Assembly (NCBI GenBank): GCA_013387215.1
Contig: WARW01000019.1
Location: 22,717 to 86,716, forward strand
Direction of reading: 5' to 3'
Source: Patescibacteria group bacterium
Lineage (GTDB): Bacteria > Patescibacteriota > Microgenomatia > UBA12405
DNA length: 64,000 bases
Part shown: in pieces, positions 19,356 through 29,028 of the stretch
How positions within the stretch are numbered: the first letter of the stretch is position 1
Layout of the letters: each line of letters starts with the position of its first letter
Notes under the pieces: generated by a model
What the model saw: the letters and a program-made list of their open reading frames with translations, nothing else
Told to the model about the DNA's origin: nothing
Database searches by the model: none
Position numbers and translations under genes: made by a program

Positions 19356-20117
19356 ATGCTAGGTTCGATTAACTTATCACTTCTGATTTGGACGTTTACC
19401 ATCTATTCCTTTTTAGGCTGGTTAACTGAAGTTACTTACTGTTCTTTGAAGCGCAAAAAATTCACCAATCGCGGCTTTTTATTTGGACCGTTTTGCCCTA
19501 TTTACGGATTTAGTTTTGTTCTCGTTATTTGGTTGTTGTCGCCATTCAGAAATAATCTAATCTTATTTTTTCTCGGCGCCATTATTGTGACTTCTTTTGT
19601 TGAATATTTTACTGGTGTAATTTTAGAATTACTTTTTAAAACTCAATGGTGGGATTATTCCAAACGTGCTTTTAATTTAAACGGAAAAGTTTGTCTTCGT
19701 TTTTCCTTATATTGGGGTGTTCTTTGCACTTTAATTATCAAACTAATCCATCCCTTAATTCTTGGCGTAGCTCAATTTTTAACTTTTAAATTAACCGATT
19801 ACGCTGCCTCTCTAGTTTTAGCTTATTTCATAGTCGACTCATCTCTAACCTTTGTTTCACTTTACGGATTGAAAAATATTTTGGAAAGTCTTAATAATCT
19901 CAAACGCCAATATGATCTTGATGTTACCAATGTCCGCCAAAACTCTCTCTTTCCTTTTCTTCGATTAAGAAAACTCCAAAAGAATTTTAATCTAAATCAA
20001 GCTCAGCTCTTAAAAAACTTCAAAAAGCGTTATATTCATTTTATTGATGCTTTTCCAGAACTCAAATCTTCCCGATTCCCAGTTATTAACGACATTCGCA
20101 AAAAACTGGGTGTCTAA
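19356..20117 (+). CDS. multi-pass membrane protein, unknown function
   Basis: About 6 hydrophobic segments (…IYSFLGWLTEVTY…). First gene of a co-oriented, overlapping operon that ends with the FemAB gene. Confidence 0.5.
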   Translation: MLGSINLSLLIWTFTIYSFLGWLTEVTYCSLKRKKFTNRGFLFGPFCPIYGFSFVLVIWLLSPFRNNLILFFLGAIIVTSFVEYFTGVILELLFKTQWWDYSKRAFNLNGKVCLRFSLYWGVLCTLIIKLIHPLILGVAQFLTFKLTDYAASLVLAYFIVDSSLTFVSLYGLKNILESLNNLKRQYDLDVTNVRQNSLFPFLRLRKLQKNFNLNQAQLLKNFKKRYIHFIDAFPELKSSRFPVINDIRKKLGV

Positions 20118-20138
20118 AATGCTATCATACACTAGCTA

Positions 20139-20864
20139 ATGCAAATCACCATAAATAACCTTAAAACTGATTATCTAAAAATTGGCGCTGGTCCAACTTT
20201 AGTTTTTCTTCACGGTTGGTCTAAAGATATTAACAAAGAACGCTACCAAAAACTCTTTGATTCTCTCTCTCAAAAATACCAGCTAATTGCTCTCGACCTT
20301 CCTGGTTTTGGCCAAACCGATTCTCCCCAAAAACCCTGGTCAGTTTCCGATTATGCCAAGTTTGTTAATGAATTTTTAGATAAATTAAATATATCAAACT
20401 GCATCATGGCTGGTCATTCCTTTGGTGGTCGCATTACTCTAAAACTTGCCTCTCAAAATAACCCTAAAATCAAAAAAATAATTTTAATTGACAGCGCTGG
20501 TATCGAAAGAAAATCTCTCAAAGTCAAACTTTTATCTTCTGTTTCCGGCATTATTCCTGTTTCTGTCAAAAAAATATTAATTCCTATCCTTGGTTCAAAA
20601 GATTACAATGATGTTAATGGAGTTTTACGGGAAACTTTCAAACTGGTCGTCAATGAAAACCTTGAACCTATTATTCCCAAAATTAAAGTTCCAACTCTTT
20701 TAGTTTGGGGAAAAGAAGACCACACCACCCCTCTTTGGCATGCCAATCTAATCCAAAAATTAATTCCTCACAGTGTTTTGATTACCGTCCCCGAAGCCAA
20801 TCATGGTCTGCCCTATCGTCAGCCTCAAAAAACCGCTCAAATAATTTTAAATACTAACTTATGA
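20139..20864 (+). CDS. alpha/beta-fold hydrolase
   Basis: LVFLHGW oxyanion region, nucleophile elbow GHSFGG, and C-terminal His region. Confidence 0.75.
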   Translation: MQITINNLKTDYLKIGAGPTLVFLHGWSKDINKERYQKLFDSLSQKYQLIALDLPGFGQTDSPQKPWSVSDYAKFVNEFLDKLNISNCIMAGHSFGGRITLKLASQNNPKIKKIILIDSAGIERKSLKVKLLSSVSGIIPVSVKKILIPILGSKDYNDVNGVLRETFKLVVNENLEPIIPKIKVPTLLVWGKEDHTTPLWHANLIQKLIPHSVLITVPEANHGLPYRQPQKTAQIILNTNL

Positions 20865-22204
20865 TTATCTTTTTTAAATTAATACTTTTTCTTATTTTCC
20901 TGCATCAAGTATTTTTTTGGATTTATCATTGGCAGGTCAAAGAATATCGCCTTGATCGTTTTTTCGATTCCCTCAAAAACCGTTTTGATCTTTTAAAACT
21001 TTTCAAAAATCAATACAATTTACTTTCCTGGTTTCGGCCCAAACCAACTTTCAGAGCTGCTTTATCATTATTTTTAGCCCTAATTTTTTCCCTGCTGCCT
21101 TTATTTGTCTTATCTTTGTCTCAAAGCTTTCTTTTTACCCTTTTTATTCCCATCACTGCTTCTCTGCCCGTTTTTTTGCTTGCTCCTATTTTTAATTATT
21201 TAAAATCCCAACAAATCGAAAAAGCCAAACTGATTATGTCCAAGTATCCCGGCACCGTTATTGGCGTCACCGGTAGTTTTGGCAAGTCTACAACTAAGGA
21301 ATTAATTGCGGCTGTTTTAAGCTCCAAATTTAAAGTCGAAAAAACTCAAAAAAATAATAATTCTGAAATTGGTGTCACCCAAAATGTCTTAAAACTCAAT
21401 TTAAAATCTGACTTTTTCGTGGTCGAAATGGGTGCCTACAAAATTGGCGAAATCAAAGCTATCTGCAATATTGTTAAACCCAAAATTGGCATAATTACTG
21501 GTCTTGGTGATCAGCATTTAAGCCTGTTTGGTAGTCTTGAAAACATAAAAACTGCCAAATACGAACTTATCAAATCCTTGCCTCAAGATGGTTTTGGTAT
21601 CGTGGCCAAAAAAGATTTTAATTTAGACGACGCCAAAAATATTGAAACTTGCAAAGACCATGTCGAGTTTGATTTTCAAAAAACTCATTTTTCTGTTCCG
21701 CTTTTGGGTCAAGATTTAATTTCCAATATTATCGGCACCATAAAAATTTGTCAGCACGCCGGCATGTCGCTTTCAGAAATTCAAACCGCTCTTTCCCAAA
21801 TCGATCCTCACCTTTTTTATCCCAAACTCATCAAAGTCAAACCTGATTCTTTTTTAGTTGATGACAGCTACAACTCCAGTCTCGAATCATTTTTATCCGT
21901 TATCGATTATCTTAAAACTTGGACTGACTACCGAAAAATAATTATCACCCCAGGCATTATTGAACTTGGCCCAAATGCTCAAAAAGATCACCTTAAAATA
22001 GGTAAAAATCTTAATGTTGCCGATCTGGTATTTGTCACCCAGCCCCATCAATTTTCTGCTTTAAATCAATATCAAAATTGTCAGCTTGAGACCAACACCA
22101 AAAGGCTTATTGCCAAATTAAAAAGTTTTAGAACTCAAAAAACCGTTTTTCTTTTTAAAGGACGGGTTCCTTCAGCTATAATCAACTCATTAATCCATGA
22201 ATAA
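20861..22204 (+). CDS. Mur-ligase family protein (MurF-like) with ~110-aa hydrophobic N-terminal domain
   Basis: P-loop IGVTGSFGKSTTKELI, then VVEMGAYKIGEI…KPKIGIITGLGDQH (MurF-like). The N-terminus has several predicted TM helices in place of the usual soluble N-domain. Confidence 0.65.
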   Translation: MIIFFKLILFLIFLHQVFFWIYHWQVKEYRLDRFFDSLKNRFDLLKLFKNQYNLLSWFRPKPTFRAALSLFLALIFSLLPLFVLSLSQSFLFTLFIPITASLPVFLLAPIFNYLKSQQIEKAKLIMSKYPGTVIGVTGSFGKSTTKELIAAVLSSKFKVEKTQKNNNSEIGVTQNVLKLNLKSDFFVVEMGAYKIGEIKAICNIVKPKIGIITGLGDQHLSLFGSLENIKTAKYELIKSLPQDGFGIVAKKDFNLDDAKNIETCKDHVEFDFQKTHFSVPLLGQDLISNIIGTIKICQHAGMSLSEIQTALSQIDPHLFYPKLIKVKPDSFLVDDSYNSSLESFLSVIDYLKTWTDYRKIIITPGIIELGPNAQKDHLKIGKNLNVADLVFVTQPHQFSALNQYQNCQLETNTKRLIAKLKSFRTQKTVFLFKGRVPSAIINSLIHE

Positions 22205-23420
22205 TCCTTTTAAAACCATTGCCATTAGTTTAATCCCCAACTTCACTTTTTCAGATGTCGTTCGTTCAAAACTATTAATTTTTCAACCCTGGAATTACCA
22301 AAACTCTGATTCTCAAAACACCCTCAAAAAAAACCTGGCTACTTATCTAAACCAAAAACATGTCGAACTTTTCGACAGCGGTCGCACTGCCCTTTATTTT
22401 TTGCTTCAAGCCCTCAACATCAAAACTGGCGACGAAGTTATTATTCAATCATTTACCTGTTCTGTAGTCCCCGCATCCATCATCTGGACTGGCGCCGTTC
22501 CCATTTACGCCGACATCGATAAAACATATAATCTTGATCCGGAAAAATTATCCAAATTAATTACTCCTAAAACTAAAGCTGTCATTATTCAGCACACTTT
22601 TGGCACACCAGCAAATATCGATAAAATCGTTTCCGTTTGTAAGTCTAAAAAAATTATATTAATTGAGGATTGTGCTCATGGTTTTGGCAACAGTTATAAA
22701 GGCCAAAAACTTGGCACCTTCGGCCAAGCCAGTTTCTACAGTTTCGGCCGCGACAAAGTCATCTCTGGTGTTTGGGGAGGAGCTGTTTCCATAAACGATT
22801 CTCAAATATTTGAAAACCTCAGAAAACTTACTTCCAAATTACCTCGCCACACTCTTTCATGGACCCTAAAACAGCTAATTTACCCTCCTTTAATGTTTGT
22901 CATCACCAAAACTTATTCTTTCTTTAAATTGGGTAAGGTGCTTCATTTTTGTTTTCGCCGTCTCCATCTTTTATCAGATGCCATTACTCCTCAAGAGAAA
23001 CAAGGCATTAAGCCAAAAACTTTTTATCAAGGCTTACCCTCCCCACTTTGTCTTTTAGTTATAAATCAACTCAAAAAAATCGATGCCTTTATTCAACATC
23101 GTCAAAGATTGGCCCACTTTTATTCCGAAAAACTCAACACTAAATTTGATCCTTCCTCCTCTTATTTGCGCTATTCTCTTGAGATCGATAACCCTCAAAA
23201 AATTAGATCTAAATCAGCCCTAAAAAACATCTTTTTAGGCGACTGGTATACCACTGTAATCGCACCAAAAGATATCAATCTATCTCATTTTATGTATCAA
23301 ACTGGATCATGTCCTCAAGCCGAGGCTATGACTCAAAAAATTATTAATTTACCAACTAACCCCAACTTATCTCTTGCCGATGCTCAAAAAGTGGTTAATA
23401 TAATAAAACAATGGAAATAA
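22197..23420 (+). CDS. DegT/DnrJ/EryC1/StrS family PLP-dependent aminotransferase
   Basis: …FDSGRTALYFLLQAL…IQHTFGTP…IEDCAHGFG…SFYSFGRDK (PLP-lysine region). Confidence 0.85.
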   Translation: MNNPFKTIAISLIPNFTFSDVVRSKLLIFQPWNYQNSDSQNTLKKNLATYLNQKHVELFDSGRTALYFLLQALNIKTGDEVIIQSFTCSVVPASIIWTGAVPIYADIDKTYNLDPEKLSKLITPKTKAVIIQHTFGTPANIDKIVSVCKSKKIILIEDCAHGFGNSYKGQKLGTFGQASFYSFGRDKVISGVWGGAVSINDSQIFENLRKLTSKLPRHTLSWTLKQLIYPPLMFVITKTYSFFKLGKVLHFCFRRLHLLSDAITPQEKQGIKPKTFYQGLPSPLCLLVINQLKKIDAFIQHRQRLAHFYSEKLNTKFDPSSSYLRYSLEIDNPQKIRSKSALKNIFLGDWYTTVIAPKDINLSHFMYQTGSCPQAEAMTQKIINLPTNPNLSLADAQKVVNIIKQWK

Positions 23421-24427
23421 AAGAAATCACCAATAAATCGGTTTGGGAAAAATTTGTCACAAGTCTTTCAGATCACACTTTCTTGCAGGGTTGGAATTGG
23501 GGTGAAATCAATAATAAAATTGGTGAAGATCTTTATCGGCTTGGTCTATATAACCAAAATAAACTTATTGGAGTCTGCCAAGTCTTCACCGTCACTGCCC
23601 GCCGCGGCAAATTCTTGTTTATTCCCCATGGTCCGCTTTTGGAAAAATTTTCTCAATCTCAACTCAAATATATTTACGATTATTTAAAAAAACTTGCCAA
23701 AGACAAGGGCGTTCATTTTATCCGTGTCAGTCCTTGGATTGAATCCACCGATAAAAACAAAAAAGTCTATCAAAATCTTGGTTTTAAACCAGCTCCGATT
23801 TTCATGCACGCCGAAGAAACTTGGTTAATTGATATCAGCAAAGACGAGTCAGTGCTTTTGTCTGAAATGAGAAAAACCACCCGAAATTTAATTAATCGGG
23901 CTACTCGAGATGGTGTTGAGATAATTAAAAGCCAAGACCCGAAAGACATTAAATATCTTTACGATCTTCAACTGGAAACTTCTAAAAGAAATCACTTCGT
24001 TCCTTTTTCCAAAAAAATCCTTGAACTGGAACTTAATACTTTTTCCCAAGACAATCAATGTGTCCTATTTTTAGGCAAATACGATGGCATAGTTACCGGT
24101 GCTGCTATTATCGTTTACTATGGTAAATTCGCTTTCTACTATCAAAGCGGTTCTGTTGAAAACAAAGTTCCCGTCAACTATCTTTTGCAATGGGAAGTAA
24201 TTAAGGAAGCCAAAGCCCGTGGCTGCCAAGTTTACAACATGTGGGGCATTGCTCCCCCCAATAAACCCAAACATCCTTGGAATGGCCTGACAACCTTCAA
24301 AACTGGCTTTGGTGGCTTCAATCGCAACTATCTTCACGCCCAAGATTTGATTTTATCGCCTAAATACTGGATCACCTACGTAATTGAAAAAATCCCTAAA
24401 ACCTTAAGAGCTAAATTTGCCAAGTAA
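23411..24427 (+). CDS. FemAB-family peptidyltransferase-like protein (peptidoglycan interpeptide bridge formation family)
   Basis: Length and motif pattern (…FLQGWNWGEIN…, tandem GNAT-like halves) resemble FemX/FemAB proteins. Operon context with Mur ligase and DegT. Confidence 0.55.
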   Translation: MEIKEITNKSVWEKFVTSLSDHTFLQGWNWGEINNKIGEDLYRLGLYNQNKLIGVCQVFTVTARRGKFLFIPHGPLLEKFSQSQLKYIYDYLKKLAKDKGVHFIRVSPWIESTDKNKKVYQNLGFKPAPIFMHAEETWLIDISKDESVLLSEMRKTTRNLINRATRDGVEIIKSQDPKDIKYLYDLQLETSKRNHFVPFSKKILELELNTFSQDNQCVLFLGKYDGIVTGAAIIVYYGKFAFYYQSGSVENKVPVNYLLQWEVIKEAKARGCQVYNMWGIAPPNKPKHPWNGLTTFKTGFGGFNRNYLHAQDLILSPKYWITYVIEKIPKTLRAKFAK

Positions 24428-25018
24428 TCACTCTTCAAAGCTCGGGTGTCTTAATTGAATCTTTCCCTCTCTGAAACTTGGCATGTCTTTTAAGATAAAT
24501 ACTCTATCTTCCAAACCGGTTATTACCCCTAACTTTGCCACCACATCATACTCTCCCAAACCCAATTCCAACGCTTCTTCAGTTAAACTTCTTAACTTTT
24601 TTAATAAACCATCTGGCACCTCACCAACTTTCATGCTTTCAATTTTACTGCCGATATATTTAATTTCTGCCAAAATATTCTTTTCATCTTCAGTCATTTG
24701 ATTCATTTCCTCTTTAGTCAGTATTAAAGTAGCATCAGCACATTCATTTACCTCATCAATCATGTTTTTAACTTCCTCACCTATTTCAAAAGCAGTATCA
24801 TCAACCCCCAAGCCATTTCTAATAAACACTCCAGCTGTTTCATATATTAGTTTTCGGGGACACCAGACATCTTCTTCATTCAATTTTTTTTCATGGGCTT
24901 CCAATCTGCAAGCGTCAAGTGATTCGCAATTTTCAAAAATCATTCCGCACACGGGCCCGATCTCGCATGGATCGTGGAATCCCCACCATTGAACTCTTCG
25001 CTCAATTTCTCGATTCAT
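24428..25018 (-). CDS. hypothetical acidic protein with Cys-rich N-terminus
   Basis: N-terminal Cys cluster (…HDPCEIGPVCGMIFENCESLDACRLEA…WCPRK…). Contains a DDTAFEIGEE segment. Lies 6 nt downstream of 25025..25597 on the same strand. Confidence 0.5.
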   Translation of the reverse strand: MNREIERRVQWWGFHDPCEIGPVCGMIFENCESLDACRLEAHEKKLNEEDVWCPRKLIYETAGVFIRNGLGVDDTAFEIGEEVKNMIDEVNECADATLILTKEEMNQMTEDEKNILAEIKYIGSKIESMKVGEVPDGLLKKLRSLTEEALELGLGEYDVVAKLGVITGLEDRVFILKDMPSFREGKIQLRHPSFEE

Positions 25019-25024
25019 TATAAT

Positions 25025-25597
25025 TTAACCTTTAAATTCTCGGTCTTTTTTCATTTCCCTTTCAATCAGGTTTCTCAAAAATACTGATCTGGGAATCATT
25101 TTTTCTTGTGCCACCCAATCAAGGTAAGCTAAAATCTTTGGACTAACAAAAAAATTAAATCTAACATCGACGTTTTTCTTAGATTCTTCAACTGCCTTTT
25201 TCAATAATTCTTCTAAATTTTCTTTGGTATAACTAATACTTTGTACTTTATCTCTACCTAAACCTTCCAAAAGCATTGCTCTGTTACCACCTTGTATATT
25301 TAATAAAATTACTGACTTGTTCAAATTGACAGCCTCAGTAACTTCATGGCCCACTGAAACACTTGGAGTCGACACTTCCGCCACCACTAGATCTGCTTCT
25401 TTTATTTTATCTAATAAATTTTTATATACCTTTCTTATTTCTTCGGAACTTTGTTTATCAATTTCATTAACATCGGTTTTTAGAATATGATCAGCATAAA
25501 CATTACACCCCAAATTCTTTAAAGTTTTTACAATCGTTAAATAACTTTCGTTATAATTAGTTCTTCCATGCACTGATGCAGCAAAATAAACTTTCAT
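25025..25597 (-). CDS. nucleoside 2-deoxyribosyltransferase-like (NDT/SLOG-fold) domain fused to C-terminal ribbon-helix-helix domain; paralog A
   Basis: MKVYFAASVHG… and …ADLVVAEVSTPSVSVGHEVTEAVNLNKSVILL match the NDT-like pattern (kiYlAgp…aDlvvA…d.GtavElGyA…KpVi). C-terminus VRFNFFVSPKILAYLDWVAQEKMIPRSVFLRNLIEREMKK has a β-strand/helix/helix layout typical of RHH DNA-binding domains. Confidence 0.55.
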   Translation of the reverse strand: MKVYFAASVHGRTNYNESYLTIVKTLKNLGCNVYADHILKTDVNEIDKQSSEEIRKVYKNLLDKIKEADLVVAEVSTPSVSVGHEVTEAVNLNKSVILLNIQGGNRAMLLEGLGRDKVQSISYTKENLEELLKKAVEESKKNVDVRFNFFVSPKILAYLDWVAQEKMIPRSVFLRNLIEREMKKDREFKG

Positions 25598-25657
25598 ATA
25601 CTGGGATTATAATATAAATATCCCTAAAATCCATAATTTGTTATAATTACATACCTT

Positions 25658-26701
25658 ATGAATAGCCCTGCCCTACTCAACATAGATGATAAAGAGCTGT
25701 TAAGTAACAATATCAATATTAGAGAATTGATGTTTTGTATCACTTTAACCTGCAATTTAAGGTGCAAAATATGCTACCTGGGCAATGACTGGTTAAACAG
25801 TAACCTCTCTTTTTCCGATATAGAAGTAAAATCAATTTTGAATCATTATGGCAAAAAAGGTTTAGATCGGCTCACATTTCTTGGCGGAGAACCATTTTTA
25901 CATCCTAATATTACTGATTTTATTATTTTCGCTCGACAGTTCGATATTAAAGAAAAAAGAATCACTACTAATTGTCTCGATTTAGGATTTTTTGACTTAA
26001 AAAGACTTGATCCTTCAGATTTAGACCATATCAGTGTTAGTTTTGATGGCACAACCAAAGAAACTCATGAATTTGTTAGAGGTAAAAACACTTTTGATAG
26101 AACTGTTGAAAATATTAAAAAATTAGTTAACCATGGATTTAAAATTCACACCAACTTTACCGTTACAGGTTTCAATAAACACGAAGTAATTGATGCTGTT
26201 AAATTTTCAAGAAACCTAGGAGCCTCAGAAATTAATTTTCATTTAGTTTCTTTAATAGGCAATGCTAAAAATCATACGGAATTTAAAGTAACACCTAAAG
26301 AATGGATTGATATACGTAAAAAATTAAAAGAAATAAAAGATGTTAAAGGTATCGATCTTAGAATTCCTATTATGTATGTAACCAAAGATGAATATGAACA
26401 ATTAATTAAAAATAATAATTATTATCCAATCCAAGAAAAATCATATTATAGTGGCTCAGGTCAGAGAATTGTGCTTTATCCAAATAGTAAAGTCTATATG
26501 TCTTGTGATCTAACTGGGACTGAGTTTAATTTTGCTAATTATTCTAATGGTAAATTTACCGTTTCTAAAACCAGAAATGAAATATCTAGTTTTAACCAAG
26601 GCCAAAATAATCCAGATATTTCAAGCGATTTACTTAACTTAAACAATCAAGGTTTTGTCCGCCTTTCAATTTCTTATAAAGAAAAAATTAAATTGGCTTA
26701 A
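25658..26701 (+). CDS. radical SAM enzyme of unknown specificity
   Basis: CNLRCKICY (CX3CX2C) cluster followed by the FLGGEPFL SAM-binding motif. No Cys-rich SPASM-type C-terminal extension is evident. Confidence 0.85.
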   Translation: MNSPALLNIDDKELLSNNINIRELMFCITLTCNLRCKICYLGNDWLNSNLSFSDIEVKSILNHYGKKGLDRLTFLGGEPFLHPNITDFIIFARQFDIKEKRITTNCLDLGFFDLKRLDPSDLDHISVSFDGTTKETHEFVRGKNTFDRTVENIKKLVNHGFKIHTNFTVTGFNKHEVIDAVKFSRNLGASEINFHLVSLIGNAKNHTEFKVTPKEWIDIRKKLKEIKDVKGIDLRIPIMYVTKDEYEQLIKNNNYYPIQEKSYYSGSGQRIVLYPNSKVYMSCDLTGTEFNFANYSNGKFTVSKTRNEISSFNQGQNNPDISSDLLNLNNQGFVRLSISYKEKIKLA

Positions 26702-26710
26702 TTTTTTAAT

Positions 26711-27289
26711 CTATTCTTCCCTATATTGGGCATCTTTTTTCATTTCTTTTTCGATCAAGTTTCTCAAAAACACTGATCGTGGAACCATCTTCTTTTGAGC
26801 CACCCAATCAAGATAAGATAAAATTTTTGGATTCACAAAAAAGTTAAATCTGACATCAATCAAGCTATTAGCTTTCTTCATTGCCATCTCCACCACTTCC
26901 TCCATATTCTTTTCATCATATTCCATCATGATTAATTTCGAATCAATTATCCCCTTAATAAAACTTGGCATCTGATTAACTTTATGAAGTGCAATCACTG
27001 GTTTGCTGCTATCCAAAGCTTTGCTTATCAAATAACCTAAAGACATACTATGTCCAGAAGCTTCTACAATCATCACGTCAGCTTTTTTGATGCATTTCAT
27101 CGATTGGACATAATTATCCACTTTCACTTTCAGAGGAGCGCTTTGAATGTCTTTAACCCCCATTTTGGCCCATTTTAAAACTTTGTCGCTCAACATCTTA
27201 TTGCCGGCCTCCAAGCATTGATACATTCTTTCATATAATTTTGGTTCAACTGCCACCAATCTCGATGAAGCAATAAAATATATTTTCAT
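26711..27289 (-). CDS. NDT/SLOG-like + RHH fusion protein; paralog B of 25025..25597
   Basis: Same architecture. The C-terminal 45 aa are nearly identical to paralog A (VRFNFFVNPKILSYLDWVAQKKMVPRSVFLRNLIEKEMKK). The DNA of the 3' ends is also highly similar. Confidence 0.55.
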   Translation of the reverse strand: MKIYFIASSRLVAVEPKLYERMYQCLEAGNKMLSDKVLKWAKMGVKDIQSAPLKVKVDNYVQSMKCIKKADVMIVEASGHSMSLGYLISKALDSSKPVIALHKVNQMPSFIKGIIDSKLIMMEYDEKNMEEVVEMAMKKANSLIDVRFNFFVNPKILSYLDWVAQKKMVPRSVFLRNLIEKEMKKDAQYREE

Positions 27290-27412
27290 AGACGATAAAT
27301 ATTAATAAATAAAGGATAAAAATCTAAAGAAAAAAATGGCGAAAAAGTCCTGATCAGGTGAAGCATTAAATATGTACAATCTCTTGTCAACTTAAGCCCA
27401 GTATACCATTAT

Positions 27413-28495
27413 TTACTTCTTCAAAATACTATTAAAAAAACCGATATCTTGCCCAACCACTTGATTCCAACTATTTTTTAAATTATGATCATCACCTTGA
27501 TAAACATATAGTGTTGCAGATTTTCCCAAAGCTTTAAGTTTATTAACAACTTCTTGCTGCCAATCCACATTGCACCAGACATCAGCCGTCCCTTGATGAA
27601 TTATAACTGGCGCCTCAATCCATTGATAATAATTTTCTACTGCATATCTTCTTGGATCGTATCTTTTTCCAAAATCGCTGATTAATTTTCTTATCGGATC
27701 GCCGCTTGTACCGCTGTCTGCCGTATCCAAAACACTCTGAGGAAATGGATTTGTCATTGGCGCCCACAAAACTGTTGGGTAATCAGCACTACTCACTTCC
27801 AATGTCGATAAAGCGATTTGTCCGCCGTTGCTGTGCGCCCAAATGCCAATTTTACTTGAATCAACATATGGCAGTCTTTTAACTGACTCGATTAAATCCA
27901 TCACTGATTCCACTTTCTCAAATCTCGCTTCCAACGAATCAGCACTTTCATTATTTGACAGTCCATATCCTAAAAAATCCAAAGACACTGTCACATATCC
28001 ATTTTTAGCCAATTCATCGGCAACTTTCCAGGTTCCAGAACCGGAGTAATACCCTTCTCCTTCAGCAAACCCTCGGATCATAATTATTGCTGGCATCTTA
28101 TTGCTCATTGGCGTCATCGGTGTATTTATCATTCCGCTTATTTTTTTGCCGTTGCTTTGAAAACTGAATATTTCACTTTTCCATGTCATGCTTTTATTTA
28201 AAATTGATTGGGCTAGTTTTTGTTTCTTTTTGGGCAATGTTGCTTTAATGGCATTCAATCTTCTGATATTTACATCAACAGTTTCTCCTTCAATCTTAAT
28301 ATCACTCCCAATCCCCCCTCTTTTTTTTAAAGAATCAAAATCATATTTTTCCAATTTATTTTCTTTCCGCTCAAATTTACCGCCGCCTGGATTCAAGTTT
28401 GAAAACCATGGCCACTTGTAATAATTTTTGTATACATAAAATCCCGTGCCCAAAAATAAAACCAACCCCAAAGCTAAAATAATTATTTTCTTCAC
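27413..28495 (-). CDS. alpha/beta hydrolase (S9/dienelactone-hydrolase-like), N-terminal membrane anchor
   Basis: N-terminal TM segment. GIWAHSNGG nucleophile elbow and a C-terminal DH pair. Confidence 0.7.
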   Translation of the reverse strand: MKKIIILALGLVLFLGTGFYVYKNYYKWPWFSNLNPGGGKFERKENKLEKYDFDSLKKRGGIGSDIKIEGETVDVNIRRLNAIKATLPKKKQKLAQSILNKSMTWKSEIFSFQSNGKKISGMINTPMTPMSNKMPAIIMIRGFAEGEGYYSGSGTWKVADELAKNGYVTVSLDFLGYGLSNNESADSLEARFEKVESVMDLIESVKRLPYVDSSKIGIWAHSNGGQIALSTLEVSSADYPTVLWAPMTNPFPQSVLDTADSGTSGDPIRKLISDFGKRYDPRRYAVENYYQWIEAPVIIHQGTADVWCNVDWQQEVVNKLKALGKSATLYVYQGDDHNLKNSWNQVVGQDIGFFNSILKK

Positions 28496-28614
28496 TATAT
28501 TATTTTAAACCATTTTACAATCACTTCTCTTTTGTGTATAATCCCGTAATTTTAAATACAAAGCTATTGCGCTTTGATATTTGCACATTAACTAAGAGAA
28601 AGGAGCTGATTTCC

Positions 28615-29028
28615 ATGGCACTTATTATCCGTAAGCATTATCTTTATGGCACAAAAGAGAAAATTGGTTTAAACCTTTTATTAAATGGACATTATAATCC
28701 AGACGATCAATCGCTCAAACTAATCCCCGGTATCCAAACACTAACCGTCTCAGATCATCAGCTGATTGTCTTTTTTGCCAACAGCCTGGTCGGCTTCGAA
28801 GTGATGGCCACCAATGTTCCCATCAAAGCAGTTGAACATCTTCACAGTGTTACTGAAAAATCCGATCAGTATATGATCGAAAATAAAAATAAGATGTACA
28901 TTCATGTCAAAAAGGATCCGGAGTTTCTCCTTGGCTACGAACTTATCATTATTCCCGACGAGAGGGCTAAAATTTTGTCCAAAAACGAAGATATCCCTCT
29001 TTGTGGTCCATATGATGATAATCGTTAG
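28615..29028 (+). CDS. hypothetical protein (cassette gene a)
   Basis: ORF 28534..29028. Start probably at ATG 28615 after the aaggag RBS. Own TTGACA-like/-10 TATAATCCC promoter and TTGCACATT 5'UTR motif. Confidence 0.5.
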   Translation: MALIIRKHYLYGTKEKIGLNLLLNGHYNPDDQSLKLIPGIQTLTVSDHQLIVFFANSLVGFEVMATNVPIKAVEHLHSVTEKSDQYMIENKNKMYIHVKKDPEFLLGYELIIIPDERAKILSKNEDIPLCGPYDDNR

